Positions 30,393-40,319 of a stretch of 64,000 nt of DNA are shown in pieces. The DNA lies in NCBI GenBank assembly GCA_964405015.1, contig CAYOME010000001.1:165584-229583 (forward strand), in the 5' to 3' direction. Below the pieces are notes generated by a model. That model did not search any database. It was not told the origin of the DNA and saw nothing but the letters and a program-made list of their open reading frames with translations. This DNA comes from an uncultured Candidatus Saccharibacteria bacterium (GTDB lineage: Bacteria > Patescibacteriota > Dojkabacteria > SC72). How positions within the stretch are numbered: position 1 is the first letter of the stretch; every line of letters starts with the position of its first letter. Position numbers and translations under genes: made by a program.

Positions 30393-32852
30393 ATGAAATT
30401 ACCAAAAAACAGTATTAAAGAATATACAGGTATTGATATTGAAAAGGAGGATATCTTACATATCCTTGCTGGAAAGATAGGGGAAGTTGAAGAAGTTACA
30501 GATTGGGAAGAAATGTACAAAGGGATATATGTAGCAGAGATTAAAAGTAAAAAAGATCATCCAGATGCAGACAAACTAGGAATATATACAATCTCTACCG
30601 GTGATCAAGAAGATGTACAAGTAGTAGCAGGAGATAAAACTTTAGAAGTAGGTGATAAGGTTGCATATATTCAACCAGGAAATATTGTTCCATCTACTTA
30701 CAAAACTTCTGAAGAATTTGAAATAAAGGCTGTTAAAATGAGAGGTATACTTTCCAATGGTATGCTTTGTTCTGAAAAAGAATTAAACATTGGACCAGAT
30801 CATACAAAGGTATTAAAACTTGAAAGTAGTGCTCCCGTTGGAGAACTCTTTTCAAAATATTACGATCTTAATGATATTGTCTTTGATATTGAAAACAAAG
30901 CACTTACTAACAGAGGAGACCTTTTTGGAATACTTGGATTAACAAGAGAAATAGCTGGAGCAAAGAGCATTAAATTTACTTCTCCAAAATGGTATTTAGA
31001 TAATACATCTGGAGAATATACACAAAAGGATAATTTTGGTTTAGATATTGAAAATAGAATGCCAGCATTGTGTTCTAGATATGTTGGTGTAGTAATAGAT
31101 AGCGTTACTGTACAAGAATCCCCAGTATGGTTAAAATCCATATTGATTAAATCTGGAATTAGACCAATTAACAATATTGTAGATATTACAAATTACCTTT
31201 CCATCCTAGTCGGACAACCTTTACATGCCTTCGACTACAACAAAGTAATCCAAAATGATCCAAGTACAAATACTAAAGCACATATAGAGGTCAGGTTAGC
31301 TAAAGATGGTGAGAGAATACATACTCTTGATAACAATGTAGTTACACTCACTGGTAATAACCTAGTCATTGCTGACAGTACAAATCCAATAGCAATTGCG
31401 GGTGTAATCGGAGGGTTGGATACAGAAATAGACAGTAATACAAAAACAATAATATTGGAAAGTGCAAACTTCGATAGATTCAATATTAGAAAAACCTCTA
31501 TGTCTTTAGGTATATTTACAGATGCTGTTACACGATTTACTAAATACTTAGATCCTAATCAATGCCTACCTGTAGAAAAATATGCAATATCTCTTGTTTT
31601 AGAATTAGCAGGAGGAGAAGTTGTAACACCAATAGTTGATAAATATGATCAAAGATATGAACCTAGCACAATCTCTCTTTCTATTGAGAAGCTAAATATT
31701 CACCTTGGTACAAATTTAACAAAAGAAGATATTATCAATATCTTAACAAATATTGAATATACAATTCTTTCTTCAGATGAAAAATATATCACTGTTAAAG
31801 CACCTTCCTTTAGAACTGATATAGTCATACCTGAAGATATACATGAGGATATTGGAAGAATATATGGATATGAGAATATTAAACCAGTATTACCTCTTCG
31901 TGATCTTAAAGCTTCTGGTAAGAATAAGATCGTAGATTTTAAGAGTAGGATTAGAAAAATTTTAAGCTACTCTGGTGCAAATGAATTACTTACATACAGT
32001 TTTGTCAGTGCACAACAGATATTAAAGTCAAATCAAGATCCAAATCTTGCATACCATATTAAGAATTCTCTTTCTCCAGAGCTTTCCCTTATGAGAACAT
32101 CCTTAATTACATCCTTACTTACAAAAGCTCAGGAGAATATTCAAAGAAATATTCCTACATTCTGTATATATGAATTCAATATTGCTCATCAAAAAGGTAA
32201 TATGGATAGCTTTGAATTACCAAAAGAACAATGGAATATGTCCTTACTTTTCTCCTCAAGAGAAAACATATTAGATGGTAATCCCTACTATCAAGTAAAG
32301 AGATATTTTGAGAAGGTGTATACTTCTCTTGGTATTGAGGATATTGAATATTCTTTAATTGCTGATACCTCAGAAAGAGATCTTCCTACATGGATATTGA
32401 ATATATTACCTACGTTTAATCCAAATGCTAGTGCATATATTACCTACAAGGGAAATATCTTAGGTATATTAGGAGATCTTGATGATATGGTTAAGAAAAG
32501 TTTCAAACTTCCTGTATATACAGCTGGATTAGAAATTGATTTAGAATCACTTCTTAAGATAGATACAAAGGTTAAAAAATATGAAGAAGGATCTAAATTC
32601 CCTTCTATTACTCAAGATATTACCTTTGTTGTAAATATTGAGAAACAATATAAAGAGATAGAGGAGAGAATACTTAGAGAAATAAATACTAGAAATAGGA
32701 AAGCAAAGGTAGAGTGTTTAGATATATATAGCAAGGACGGAATTAAAAAGAATCTTACAGTTAGAGTCTCTATAGAACATATGGAAAAGACCCTAAGTGA
32801 TAAAGAGATGGAAAAGATTGTGGAGAAATTAGAGAAAGATATTAACGAGTAA
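30393..32852 (+). CDS. pheT: Phenylalanine--tRNA ligase beta subunit
   Basis: 819 aa with the tRNA-binding N-terminal domain, B3/4 and B5 regions and a C-terminal FDX-ACB-like domain. Its position follows pheS. Confidence 0.85.
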   Translation: MKLPKNSIKEYTGIDIEKEDILHILAGKIGEVEEVTDWEEMYKGIYVAEIKSKKDHPDADKLGIYTISTGDQEDVQVVAGDKTLEVGDKVAYIQPGNIVPSTYKTSEEFEIKAVKMRGILSNGMLCSEKELNIGPDHTKVLKLESSAPVGELFSKYYDLNDIVFDIENKALTNRGDLFGILGLTREIAGAKSIKFTSPKWYLDNTSGEYTQKDNFGLDIENRMPALCSRYVGVVIDSVTVQESPVWLKSILIKSGIRPINNIVDITNYLSILVGQPLHAFDYNKVIQNDPSTNTKAHIEVRLAKDGERIHTLDNNVVTLTGNNLVIADSTNPIAIAGVIGGLDTEIDSNTKTIILESANFDRFNIRKTSMSLGIFTDAVTRFTKYLDPNQCLPVEKYAISLVLELAGGEVVTPIVDKYDQRYEPSTISLSIEKLNIHLGTNLTKEDIINILTNIEYTILSSDEKYITVKAPSFRTDIVIPEDIHEDIGRIYGYENIKPVLPLRDLKASGKNKIVDFKSRIRKILSYSGANELLTYSFVSAQQILKSNQDPNLAYHIKNSLSPELSLMRTSLITSLLTKAQENIQRNIPTFCIYEFNIAHQKGNMDSFELPKEQWNMSLLFSSRENILDGNPYYQVKRYFEKVYTSLGIEDIEYSLIADTSERDLPTWILNILPTFNPNASAYITYKGNILGILGDLDDMVKKSFKLPVYTAGLEIDLESLLKIDTKVKKYEEGSKFPSITQDITFVVNIEKQYKEIEERILREINTRNRKAKVECLDIYSKDGIKKNLTVRVSIEHMEKTLSDKEMEKIVEKLEKDINE

Positions 32853-35805
32853 GAGAAATTGTAGAACTCTGATATGTAAGAGAACCTAAATATGCCCTAG
32901 CAAATACTAAGTATGTACCACTTGGAACAGGAGGTATATTTGTCCATTGTACACTCCATCCATTACTTCCATTGTTGTCAGTATATTCGTTAGTGTATGC
33001 ACCACCTGATCTAGAGATAAAAAACTTTACAGAAGTAGGTGTAGCTCCAGATACACCAGCTTCTAAAGTTACAGGAAACGTACTAATAGCAGTATTGTTT
33101 GCAGGGTTGCTAATAGATATAGATATCTGAGGAGCTAATACAGTAAATGGAATTGTACTACTTGCACTCTTCCCCTTGTTATCGGTAGCTGATACTACCA
33201 ATGTATGATTACCTGAATTAAGTCCACTCAAGCTATGAGTTAAGTTGAATGATCCATTTGTTAATGAAGCAGATGGAATAGGGGTACCATCTATTGAAAT
33301 AGTGAAAGAAGATATAGATTCTAGATATCTAACACTACCTTGAATCTCCATACTACCATTATAATCAAACTGCTGATTTGCAGTTGGCTTACTTACCTCT
33401 ATCACTGGAGCATTGTCTGGACCAAGAGGTAATGTACATACTCCAATCTCAGGTTTAGTAAATAGATATCTACTACCTTCAGCCTCAGAGAGGAATTTTT
33501 GATATGCATCCCTTTGGGAAGCATTCTCTAATTTAAAGGAAAGATATACCTTGTCTGTTACAAGATTGTACTGTCTTGCTAAAGCCTCATTACTTGGAAT
33601 TAAACCATTCTGATTACATATCGCTACAGATTCTCTAGTATCAATCTGAGGACCCTTACCTTCAATATATACTGTAGCTTCCTTCTCACAATTAACACCA
33701 TCTGCAGGAACAGCTCCAGTATCTCTACATACAGAAGTAGACAAAATACCTGAAGGTCTAGTATACAACTCCACCTTATACCTATCTACCAACCTACTAG
33801 TAATACCATGAGCTATTGGTAGTGGTACAGATACACCCCAAGCTCCAGGAGTAACTGTATTGTCATTGTTACCCGCCCATACACCTACAACCAAATTCTT
33901 GTGATACATTACAGTAGTTAAATCTTTAGGACCATCAGTAGTACCAGTTTTAAAACATACGTTTGTACCCTTAACCTTGGTATATGCACCACCAATCCTA
34001 TCCCCATGACCACCAAGATCACATATGATGTAGTTAAGAAGGTAAACCTCTTTCTCATCAATTACCTGCTTTGCATTAAACTCAGTAACCTCTTTTAATA
34101 TCTCACCCTTTGAGTCTTCAACCTTAAGAATTGAGACTGTATCATTTTTAGCACCCTCATTAGCAAACACACCAAAAGCTGCAGTATGCTCAACTAATTT
34201 CATTTCCCCAGCACCCAATGCTAGAGCTAATCCATAGTCAGCTTTGTTTTTTAATGTAGTAATACCTAACTTCTCAGTAGTTTGTAAGAAAGCATCAACA
34301 CCAACCATTTGTAATGTATATATAGAAGGAAGGTTTCTAGATCTACCTAAATTCTTTCTAGCAGTACCAACACCTTCAAAAGATCTATCCCAGTTTTCTG
34401 GTTTGTAGTTACCAAAAGACATTCTAATATCAGGAGCCAATGTCCAAGGACCAAATCCTTTACCAAAGGCCGTAATATATACATATGGCTTTGCAGAAGA
34501 ACCTACCTGCCTATTACTGGTCGTAATATTTACATTACCATCCACTTTAGGATCTGTTGTATTCCAGTAATCAACAGAACCTACCATAGAGAGTATTTCT
34601 CCAGTGTTTGGATTCATTACAACAACAGCTCCATTATTTACCTTATGAGGCAAACCATTCTTTGCAATACCATTTCTCAACTCCTCTTCCGCAATCTCTT
34701 GAATAGAGTAATCAAGAGATGTAGTAACCTTCAATCCACCTCTTTCTACACGATCTACTCCAAATTCCTCCTCTAACTGCTGCTTAACATAGAAGACAAA
34801 GTGAGGAGCCTTAATATCTATCTTTTTAGATGTATATACTAACTCTTCTTCTCTTGCAGCCTCAATCTCTTCTTCAGTTACACCCGTTAGATCCTTGTGC
34901 TTAAGCATTTGATCCAATACAAAACCCTGCCTTACTTTTGCTAGTTCAGGATTAGTACCAAACAAAGGAGAGTAGGTACCAGGACTCTGAATAAGTCCTG
35001 CAATTAAAGCACTCTCTGCCAATGTTAATTCCTCTACATCTTTTCCGAAATATGCATTAGCTGCAGCTTGGAAACCATAGTTAACACCACCAAGAGGAAT
35101 TTCATTCATATACATTTGTAATATTTCATCTTTGGTGAATGTCTGTTCAACCTGCATAGTAATCAAAATCTCTTTTATCTTTCTTGAATATTTCTGTTTG
35201 TAAGCTTCATCTCCTAAGACATCATAGAGGATAGTATTTTTAATCAATTGTTGAGTAATAGTACTTGCTCCTCTTACAATACTTCCACTCTTAAGGTTTT
35301 GTATTGCAGACATAGCAATACCTGCATAATCTAAACCCTTGTGCTGGTAGAATTCAATATCTTCAGCAGCAAGTAAAGCCCATTTGGTATGCTCCGGTAT
35401 CTTCTCTATTGAAACAAATTCTCTATTCTGCTCTCCATATACACGGTAAAGTAATACACCATTCCTATCAAATATCTGAGTACTCTGATCAGATGTTCTT
35501 TCCACCAATTTATCTGGAGAAGGAAGTGATGTCTGTAATGATTTCAAATATACTCCAACACCAATCAATACTGTACAAGCAAGGAAAAATCCAATACCAA
35601 CAAGAATATATATAATCTTTCTAAACTTCACCTTATCAAACTTACCACTTAAAATTCCACTCTTTGTTGACCTAGATATATTGTTCTTTTTCAAGTTCTT
35701 ACTGTTATATCTTTTTACACGATTAAAGCTACTCAAAGGAGTAGGACCACTCTTCTTGAAACTTCTCCTGTTGTTCTTTTTTGACATAGACATAGAGTAT
35801 TTCAT
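32842..35805 (-). CDS. Class A penicillin-binding protein (PBP1A-type transglycosylase/transpeptidase) with C-terminal Ig-like domains
   Basis: N-terminal TM helix, GT51 motifs (EDIEFYQHKGLD, RGASTITQQLIKN), a transpeptidase region, and a C-terminal extension of about 250 aa with beta-rich Ig-like repeats. Confidence 0.85.
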   Translation of the reverse strand: MKYSMSMSKKNNRRSFKKSGPTPLSSFNRVKRYNSKNLKKNNISRSTKSGILSGKFDKVKFRKIIYILVGIGFFLACTVLIGVGVYLKSLQTSLPSPDKLVERTSDQSTQIFDRNGVLLYRVYGEQNREFVSIEKIPEHTKWALLAAEDIEFYQHKGLDYAGIAMSAIQNLKSGSIVRGASTITQQLIKNTILYDVLGDEAYKQKYSRKIKEILITMQVEQTFTKDEILQMYMNEIPLGGVNYGFQAAANAYFGKDVEELTLAESALIAGLIQSPGTYSPLFGTNPELAKVRQGFVLDQMLKHKDLTGVTEEEIEAAREEELVYTSKKIDIKAPHFVFYVKQQLEEEFGVDRVERGGLKVTTSLDYSIQEIAEEELRNGIAKNGLPHKVNNGAVVVMNPNTGEILSMVGSVDYWNTTDPKVDGNVNITTSNRQVGSSAKPYVYITAFGKGFGPWTLAPDIRMSFGNYKPENWDRSFEGVGTARKNLGRSRNLPSIYTLQMVGVDAFLQTTEKLGITTLKNKADYGLALALGAGEMKLVEHTAAFGVFANEGAKNDTVSILKVEDSKGEILKEVTEFNAKQVIDEKEVYLLNYIICDLGGHGDRIGGAYTKVKGTNVCFKTGTTDGPKDLTTVMYHKNLVVGVWAGNNDNTVTPGAWGVSVPLPIAHGITSRLVDRYKVELYTRPSGILSTSVCRDTGAVPADGVNCEKEATVYIEGKGPQIDTRESVAICNQNGLIPSNEALARQYNLVTDKVYLSFKLENASQRDAYQKFLSEAEGSRYLFTKPEIGVCTLPLGPDNAPVIEVSKPTANQQFDYNGSMEIQGSVRYLESISSFTISIDGTPIPSASLTNGSFNLTHSLSGLNSGNHTLVVSATDNKGKSASSTIPFTVLAPQISISISNPANNTAISTFPVTLEAGVSGATPTSVKFFISRSGGAYTNEYTDNNGSNGWSVQWTNIPPVPSGTYLVFARAYLGSLTYQSSTISLTR

Positions 35806-35915
35806 AGTGAAAATTGCTTTAGATATTACTTAATAAATATATAGTATTAGGGACCAATATTCAACTATCGGTTACTTCCCTTTATGACTCCATACCTTAA
35901 TGATATAATCCAAGT

Positions 35916-37211
35916 ATGGCAAACATAAAACTTACAACACAACCATATAAGGGGACTACAGATACATATCCCAACGAAGCAAGGAAAAGAGATTTTCTTT
36001 TTCAAACATGGAAAAATGTAGCTAAAGAATTCGGATATGAAGAATATGATACACCTTCCTTAGAAGATGCTAATTTGTATAGAGCAAAGTCAGGAGATGA
36101 ATTAGCTAACAAACAGCTATTCAACTTCATAGATAAAGGTGGAAGAGAAATAGCTTTAAGGCCAGAAATGACCCCATCTTTAGCAAGAATAATTGCTGCT
36201 AGAAAGAATGAGCTTACATTACCGATAAGATGGTTTAATATCGGTAAATATTTTAGATATGAAAAACCTCAAAAGGGTAGAACCCGAGAATTCTTTCAAT
36301 TGAATATAGATATTTTTGGAGTAGAAACAATAGATGCTGAGTTAGAAATAATTCAGTATGTACTTACAGTTATGGATAGACTCAAAGCTCCCAAAAATAC
36401 ATATGAGCTAAGAGTAAATAATAGGTATCTTCTAGAGTACCTTTTCGATGAAATACTAAATATTGATCCTGAGATTAAGCCTAAATTAGCAAGAGCAATT
36501 GATAACTACCTGAAATTAGATACCAAGGAATTTAGAGAATATCTTTTAGAGATAGGGTTAACAGAAAAACAAATAGAAGATGTATCGGACTTCCTTAAAT
36601 GGGATATTAAAGACTTGGAAAAGATTGAAGAGAAATCCAAAGGTGCAAAAGAGTTACTCTTACTTTTTAAAAGAATTTCTGCCTTGAATATAACCAATGT
36701 AGTATTCTGTCCATATATAATGAGAGGTTTAGCATATTACACAGGATGTGTGGTAGAGATGTTTGATATTGGTAGTAAAGAAAATCCTAGAGCCTTATTT
36801 GGTGGTGGGAGATATGACAATCTATTAGAGATTTTCGATAGAGAGAAATTGCCAGCTTTTGGATTAGGATGGGGAGATGTTACTACTCTTGACTACTTAA
36901 ATACTTACAATCTTTTACCTGAATACAAAACAGAAACTGCATTGTATATTACACAACTAGATGAGAATCTAAGAGATGAGTATTCGAAATTAGCTATGTA
37001 TTTTAGATCAATGGGTATTAATACCGAATTACAGCCCACTAGTTCAAAACTTAGTAAGCAACTAGAATATGCTAACAAGAAGGGTTTCCCATGGGTATTA
37101 ATAGTTGGAGAAGATGAAATTAAAAAGGGTACGGTTCAGCTAAAGAATATGAAAACCAAAGAAGCTTTTGATATTAAGAAAGAAGATGTCATATACAAGA
37201 TAAAAGGGTAG
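35916..37211 (+). CDS. hisS: Histidine--tRNA ligase
   Basis: Class II motif 2 (RWFNIGKYFRYEKPQKGRTREFFQLNIDIFG), motif 3 (GGGRYDNL), ALRPEMTPS and a C-terminal anticodon-binding domain. Confidence 0.8.
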   Translation: MANIKLTTQPYKGTTDTYPNEARKRDFLFQTWKNVAKEFGYEEYDTPSLEDANLYRAKSGDELANKQLFNFIDKGGREIALRPEMTPSLARIIAARKNELTLPIRWFNIGKYFRYEKPQKGRTREFFQLNIDIFGVETIDAELEIIQYVLTVMDRLKAPKNTYELRVNNRYLLEYLFDEILNIDPEIKPKLARAIDNYLKLDTKEFREYLLEIGLTEKQIEDVSDFLKWDIKDLEKIEEKSKGAKELLLLFKRISALNITNVVFCPYIMRGLAYYTGCVVEMFDIGSKENPRALFGGGRYDNLLEIFDREKLPAFGLGWGDVTTLDYLNTYNLLPEYKTETALYITQLDENLRDEYSKLAMYFRSMGINTELQPTSSKLSKQLEYANKKGFPWVLIVGEDEIKKGTVQLKNMKTKEAFDIKKEDVIYKIKG

Positions 37212-37237
37212 ATATATACTTTCACGTTTACTTTTAA

Positions 37238-37648
37238 CCCTCAAATACAATAAACAGTCATACTGTTTTAAAAGAAAGTAATACCAAATTTAACCCAACA
37301 ACATGCCCACATTTTAAAGATTGTCTTGTTTGCAAACTACATGATACTGATTGTGATAAATATGTAGAAATACTCTCCTATGGAGATGTTCACTTAGATA
37401 CCAACAGATATATACTTCATATAAAGGGAAATATAATTCATTTAACAAAATGTGAGAATATCTTCCTTACTTACCTATTAACCAAAAAAACCTATGTACA
37501 TATACAAGAAGTTAAAGAATTGTTCAAAAGGAATAACTGTAAATCTATTACTGTAATGATTAGTAGATTAAGAAGAAAGATCAGGAATTCAACGGGATAT
37601 AACCCAATAAAGAATAGATATGGTCTTGGATATTATATTTCTAATTAA
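37238..37648 (+). CDS. Stand-alone OmpR/PhoB-type winged-helix DNA-binding protein with an N-terminal Cys cluster (no canonical start codon found; possible pseudogene)
   Basis: The open frame after the stop at 37235-37237 translates to ...CPHFKDCLVCKLHDTDCDKY...GDVHLDTNRYILHIKGNIIHLTKCENIFLTYLL...VMISRLRRKI...GLGYYISN. This matches the Trans_reg_C wHTH consensus. There is no ATG, GTG or TTG before the domain, and the ORF track misses it. Confidence 0.45.
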   Translation, partial: PSNTINSHTVLKESNTKFNPTTCPHFKDCLVCKLHDTDCDKYVEILSYGDVHLDTNRYILHIKGNIIHLTKCENIFLTYLLTKKTYVHIQEVKELFKRNNCKSITVMISRLRRKIRNSTGYNPIKNRYGLGYYISN

Positions 37649-40266
37649 ACTTTCTTCTTCCATTCAGAGATCTTATTTAGAGCTTCTAATGGTGTTAGGT
37701 TATCAATATCTATCTTTTGTATATCCCTCTCTATCTCAGAATCTTTTGAAAGAAATAGGGGGAATTGATATGTACTTTTCTTTTCATCAATCTTTGTATC
37801 TTTAATATCCAAGATACTTCCCTCTCTAAGATCAGACTCTTTGCTAAACATTTGCTCCTGTTCAAAACTTTCCAATATCTCGTTTGCTCTTTTAATCATC
37901 TTCTCTGGTAAACCAGCCATCTTAGCAACATAGATACCATAGCTTCTATCTGTACCACCCTCTACAATCTTTCTAAGAAATATTACACTACCTTCTTCTA
38001 AATCTTCTTCAACAAGTACATTGAAATTTTTCACCCTTCCTAAAATCTTCTCAGAGAGTTTGAGTAATTCATGATAGTGGGTTGCAAACAAAGTTCTTGC
38101 TTTAACATCATTAACTAAATACTCAGCTAATGCCCATGCAATACTAACCCCATCGTATGTACTTGTACCCCTTCCTACCTCATCTAAAACGATTAAACTG
38201 AACCTCGTTGCATTGTTTACAATATTTGCAGCCTCATCCATCTCAACCATAAAGGTACTCCTACCACGAGATAGATCATCAGAAGCTCCAACCCTTGTAA
38301 ATATCCTATCTACCAAAGAAAGCTCCATTTCCTTTGCAGGAACAAAACTCCCTATCTGAGCAAGTAATACAATACTTGCTACTTGTCTAATATATGTTGA
38401 CTTACCCGACATATTAGGACCAGTTAGAACTGCCATAGAGGAGTCAGAGAAATTCAAAAGAGTATCATTAGATATGAACTCTTCTTCTATTAAACTTTCA
38501 ACAATAGGGTGCCTACCATCTTTAATTCGAAGAATTCCATCCTTTTCACCCATATTATAAAGCTTCGGTTTACAATATTCTTTTGTATTTGCTAAATATG
38601 CAAAGCCAAGCAATACATCTATCTTAGCAATTTCCTTAGAGAGTTCTTGTAACTTAGGTATATCCTTAATTAATGTATTCCTAAATTCTGTAAATATTTT
38701 GTATTCAAGCTCTGAAATTTTTTCCTGAGCATTCAAAATTATACTCTCCTTGTTCTTTAGTTCTTCAGTAATATATCTTTCACAATTGACTAGTGTCTGT
38801 TTTCTAATATATCTATCTGGTACTTTGTCTTGATGTGTTTTTGTTACTTCTATGTAATATCCAAACACCTTGTTAAACCCTATCTTAAGAGAAGATATCC
38901 CTGTTTGAGATTTCTCTCTCTCTTCAAATTCTTTAATCCACCCCTTACTGTTTCCAGATATATCCCTTAATTCAGAAACTTCTTCATTGAAAGAAGCTTT
39001 AATAATGCCACCTTCTAACAGCGAGGTAGGTGGGGAATCCACGATACATTCATCAATACGCTTAACAACATCATTAATTACTTCCAAGTAAGGATCAAAT
39101 TCTTTAGAGAGATCCGGAATACTACTTAATTGAGAAACAAATTGAAGTATATTTTCTAAAGATATCTGCAAAGCTTTTAAATCTCTACCATTAGCTCTAT
39201 TTAGACCTATCTTCCCAACAATCCTCTCTATATCGTTCATTCCATTCAATATTTCCCTCAAGCTATCTAATATCTCTCTAGATGAAAGAAAAAGCTCTAC
39301 AATTTTCTGTCTATCTTCTATACCTTTTAAATCAATCAATGGATTAAGTAACCAGGAATACAACATTCTTTTGCCCATGAGTGTTGATGTAAAATCTATT
39401 ACACTCAAAAGTGAATTTTGAATATTACCTGAGTATGCATTAGCAACTATTTCTAAGTTTCTTACAGTAGCCCTATCTAATATCATATTACCGGATATGT
39501 TTACTTTCTTAGGTCTTTGTATATGCTTAGGATCCATTAACTGAGTCTCAACAATATATTCCAATATCATTGCAAGACTTGAGACAGTAGGTGAATCACT
39601 GTTTAAACCTAAAGATTCTATATTTTGTATATGGAAAAATTCTTTAATCTTTCCTTCACTGTACTGTTTGTTCCTAATGCTTTTCGATACAAATTGAACA
39701 GGTAATGTAGGAAAGCTTAACTCTTTTTCATTCTCAAGTATTAATACCTCAACGGGTTCATATGAAGAGAGTATTGATTCTATATTCTTCTTAGAATTAT
39801 CAGTATATATGTACATAAGGTCTCCAGTTGAGACATCACACAAGGAAACACTTAAAGTTTTTTTCTCAATATAAAATGCTGCAAGGTAGTTATTTTTGAC
39901 CTCATTTGCGTTGTCTCCATCTAAAGTACCAGGAGTAACGATACGTGTTACGCCTCTTTTAACAATACCTTTTGCAAGTTTAGGATCTTCTAATTGATCA
40001 ACTATCACTGTGCAATATCCTGCATTAATTAACTTGGGTAAGTATTGTTCTATTGCTTTATGAGGAAATCCTGCGAGTGGAGTAGGGTTTGTATTTTTAT
40101 CTCTTGTTGTAAGAGTAATATTTAACACCTTAGAAGTAATCTTTGCATCTTCTCCGAATGTTTCAAAAAAGTCTCCCATTCTAAAAAGCACAACCTTATC
40201 GGGGTATTGCTTTTTAAATTTCATATATTGACTCATCATTGGAGTCTCTTTTATTCCAATATCCAT
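37645..40266 (-). CDS. mutS: DNA mismatch repair protein MutS
   Basis: 873 aa with the mismatch-binding N-terminus (FYELFGEDA-like MGDFFETFGEDA), Walker A GPNMSGKSTYIRQ and the ST..DE..RGTST block. Confidence 0.9.
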   Translation of the reverse strand: MDIGIKETPMMSQYMKFKKQYPDKVVLFRMGDFFETFGEDAKITSKVLNITLTTRDKNTNPTPLAGFPHKAIEQYLPKLINAGYCTVIVDQLEDPKLAKGIVKRGVTRIVTPGTLDGDNANEVKNNYLAAFYIEKKTLSVSLCDVSTGDLMYIYTDNSKKNIESILSSYEPVEVLILENEKELSFPTLPVQFVSKSIRNKQYSEGKIKEFFHIQNIESLGLNSDSPTVSSLAMILEYIVETQLMDPKHIQRPKKVNISGNMILDRATVRNLEIVANAYSGNIQNSLLSVIDFTSTLMGKRMLYSWLLNPLIDLKGIEDRQKIVELFLSSREILDSLREILNGMNDIERIVGKIGLNRANGRDLKALQISLENILQFVSQLSSIPDLSKEFDPYLEVINDVVKRIDECIVDSPPTSLLEGGIIKASFNEEVSELRDISGNSKGWIKEFEEREKSQTGISSLKIGFNKVFGYYIEVTKTHQDKVPDRYIRKQTLVNCERYITEELKNKESIILNAQEKISELEYKIFTEFRNTLIKDIPKLQELSKEIAKIDVLLGFAYLANTKEYCKPKLYNMGEKDGILRIKDGRHPIVESLIEEEFISNDTLLNFSDSSMAVLTGPNMSGKSTYIRQVASIVLLAQIGSFVPAKEMELSLVDRIFTRVGASDDLSRGRSTFMVEMDEAANIVNNATRFSLIVLDEVGRGTSTYDGVSIAWALAEYLVNDVKARTLFATHYHELLKLSEKILGRVKNFNVLVEEDLEEGSVIFLRKIVEGGTDRSYGIYVAKMAGLPEKMIKRANEILESFEQEQMFSKESDLREGSILDIKDTKIDEKKSTYQFPLFLSKDSEIERDIQKIDIDNLTPLEALNKISEWKKKV

Positions 40267-40319
40267 TACCTATTATACAAAAGAATATATAGTGAAAACT
40301 ATATACTATACCAGTATGG

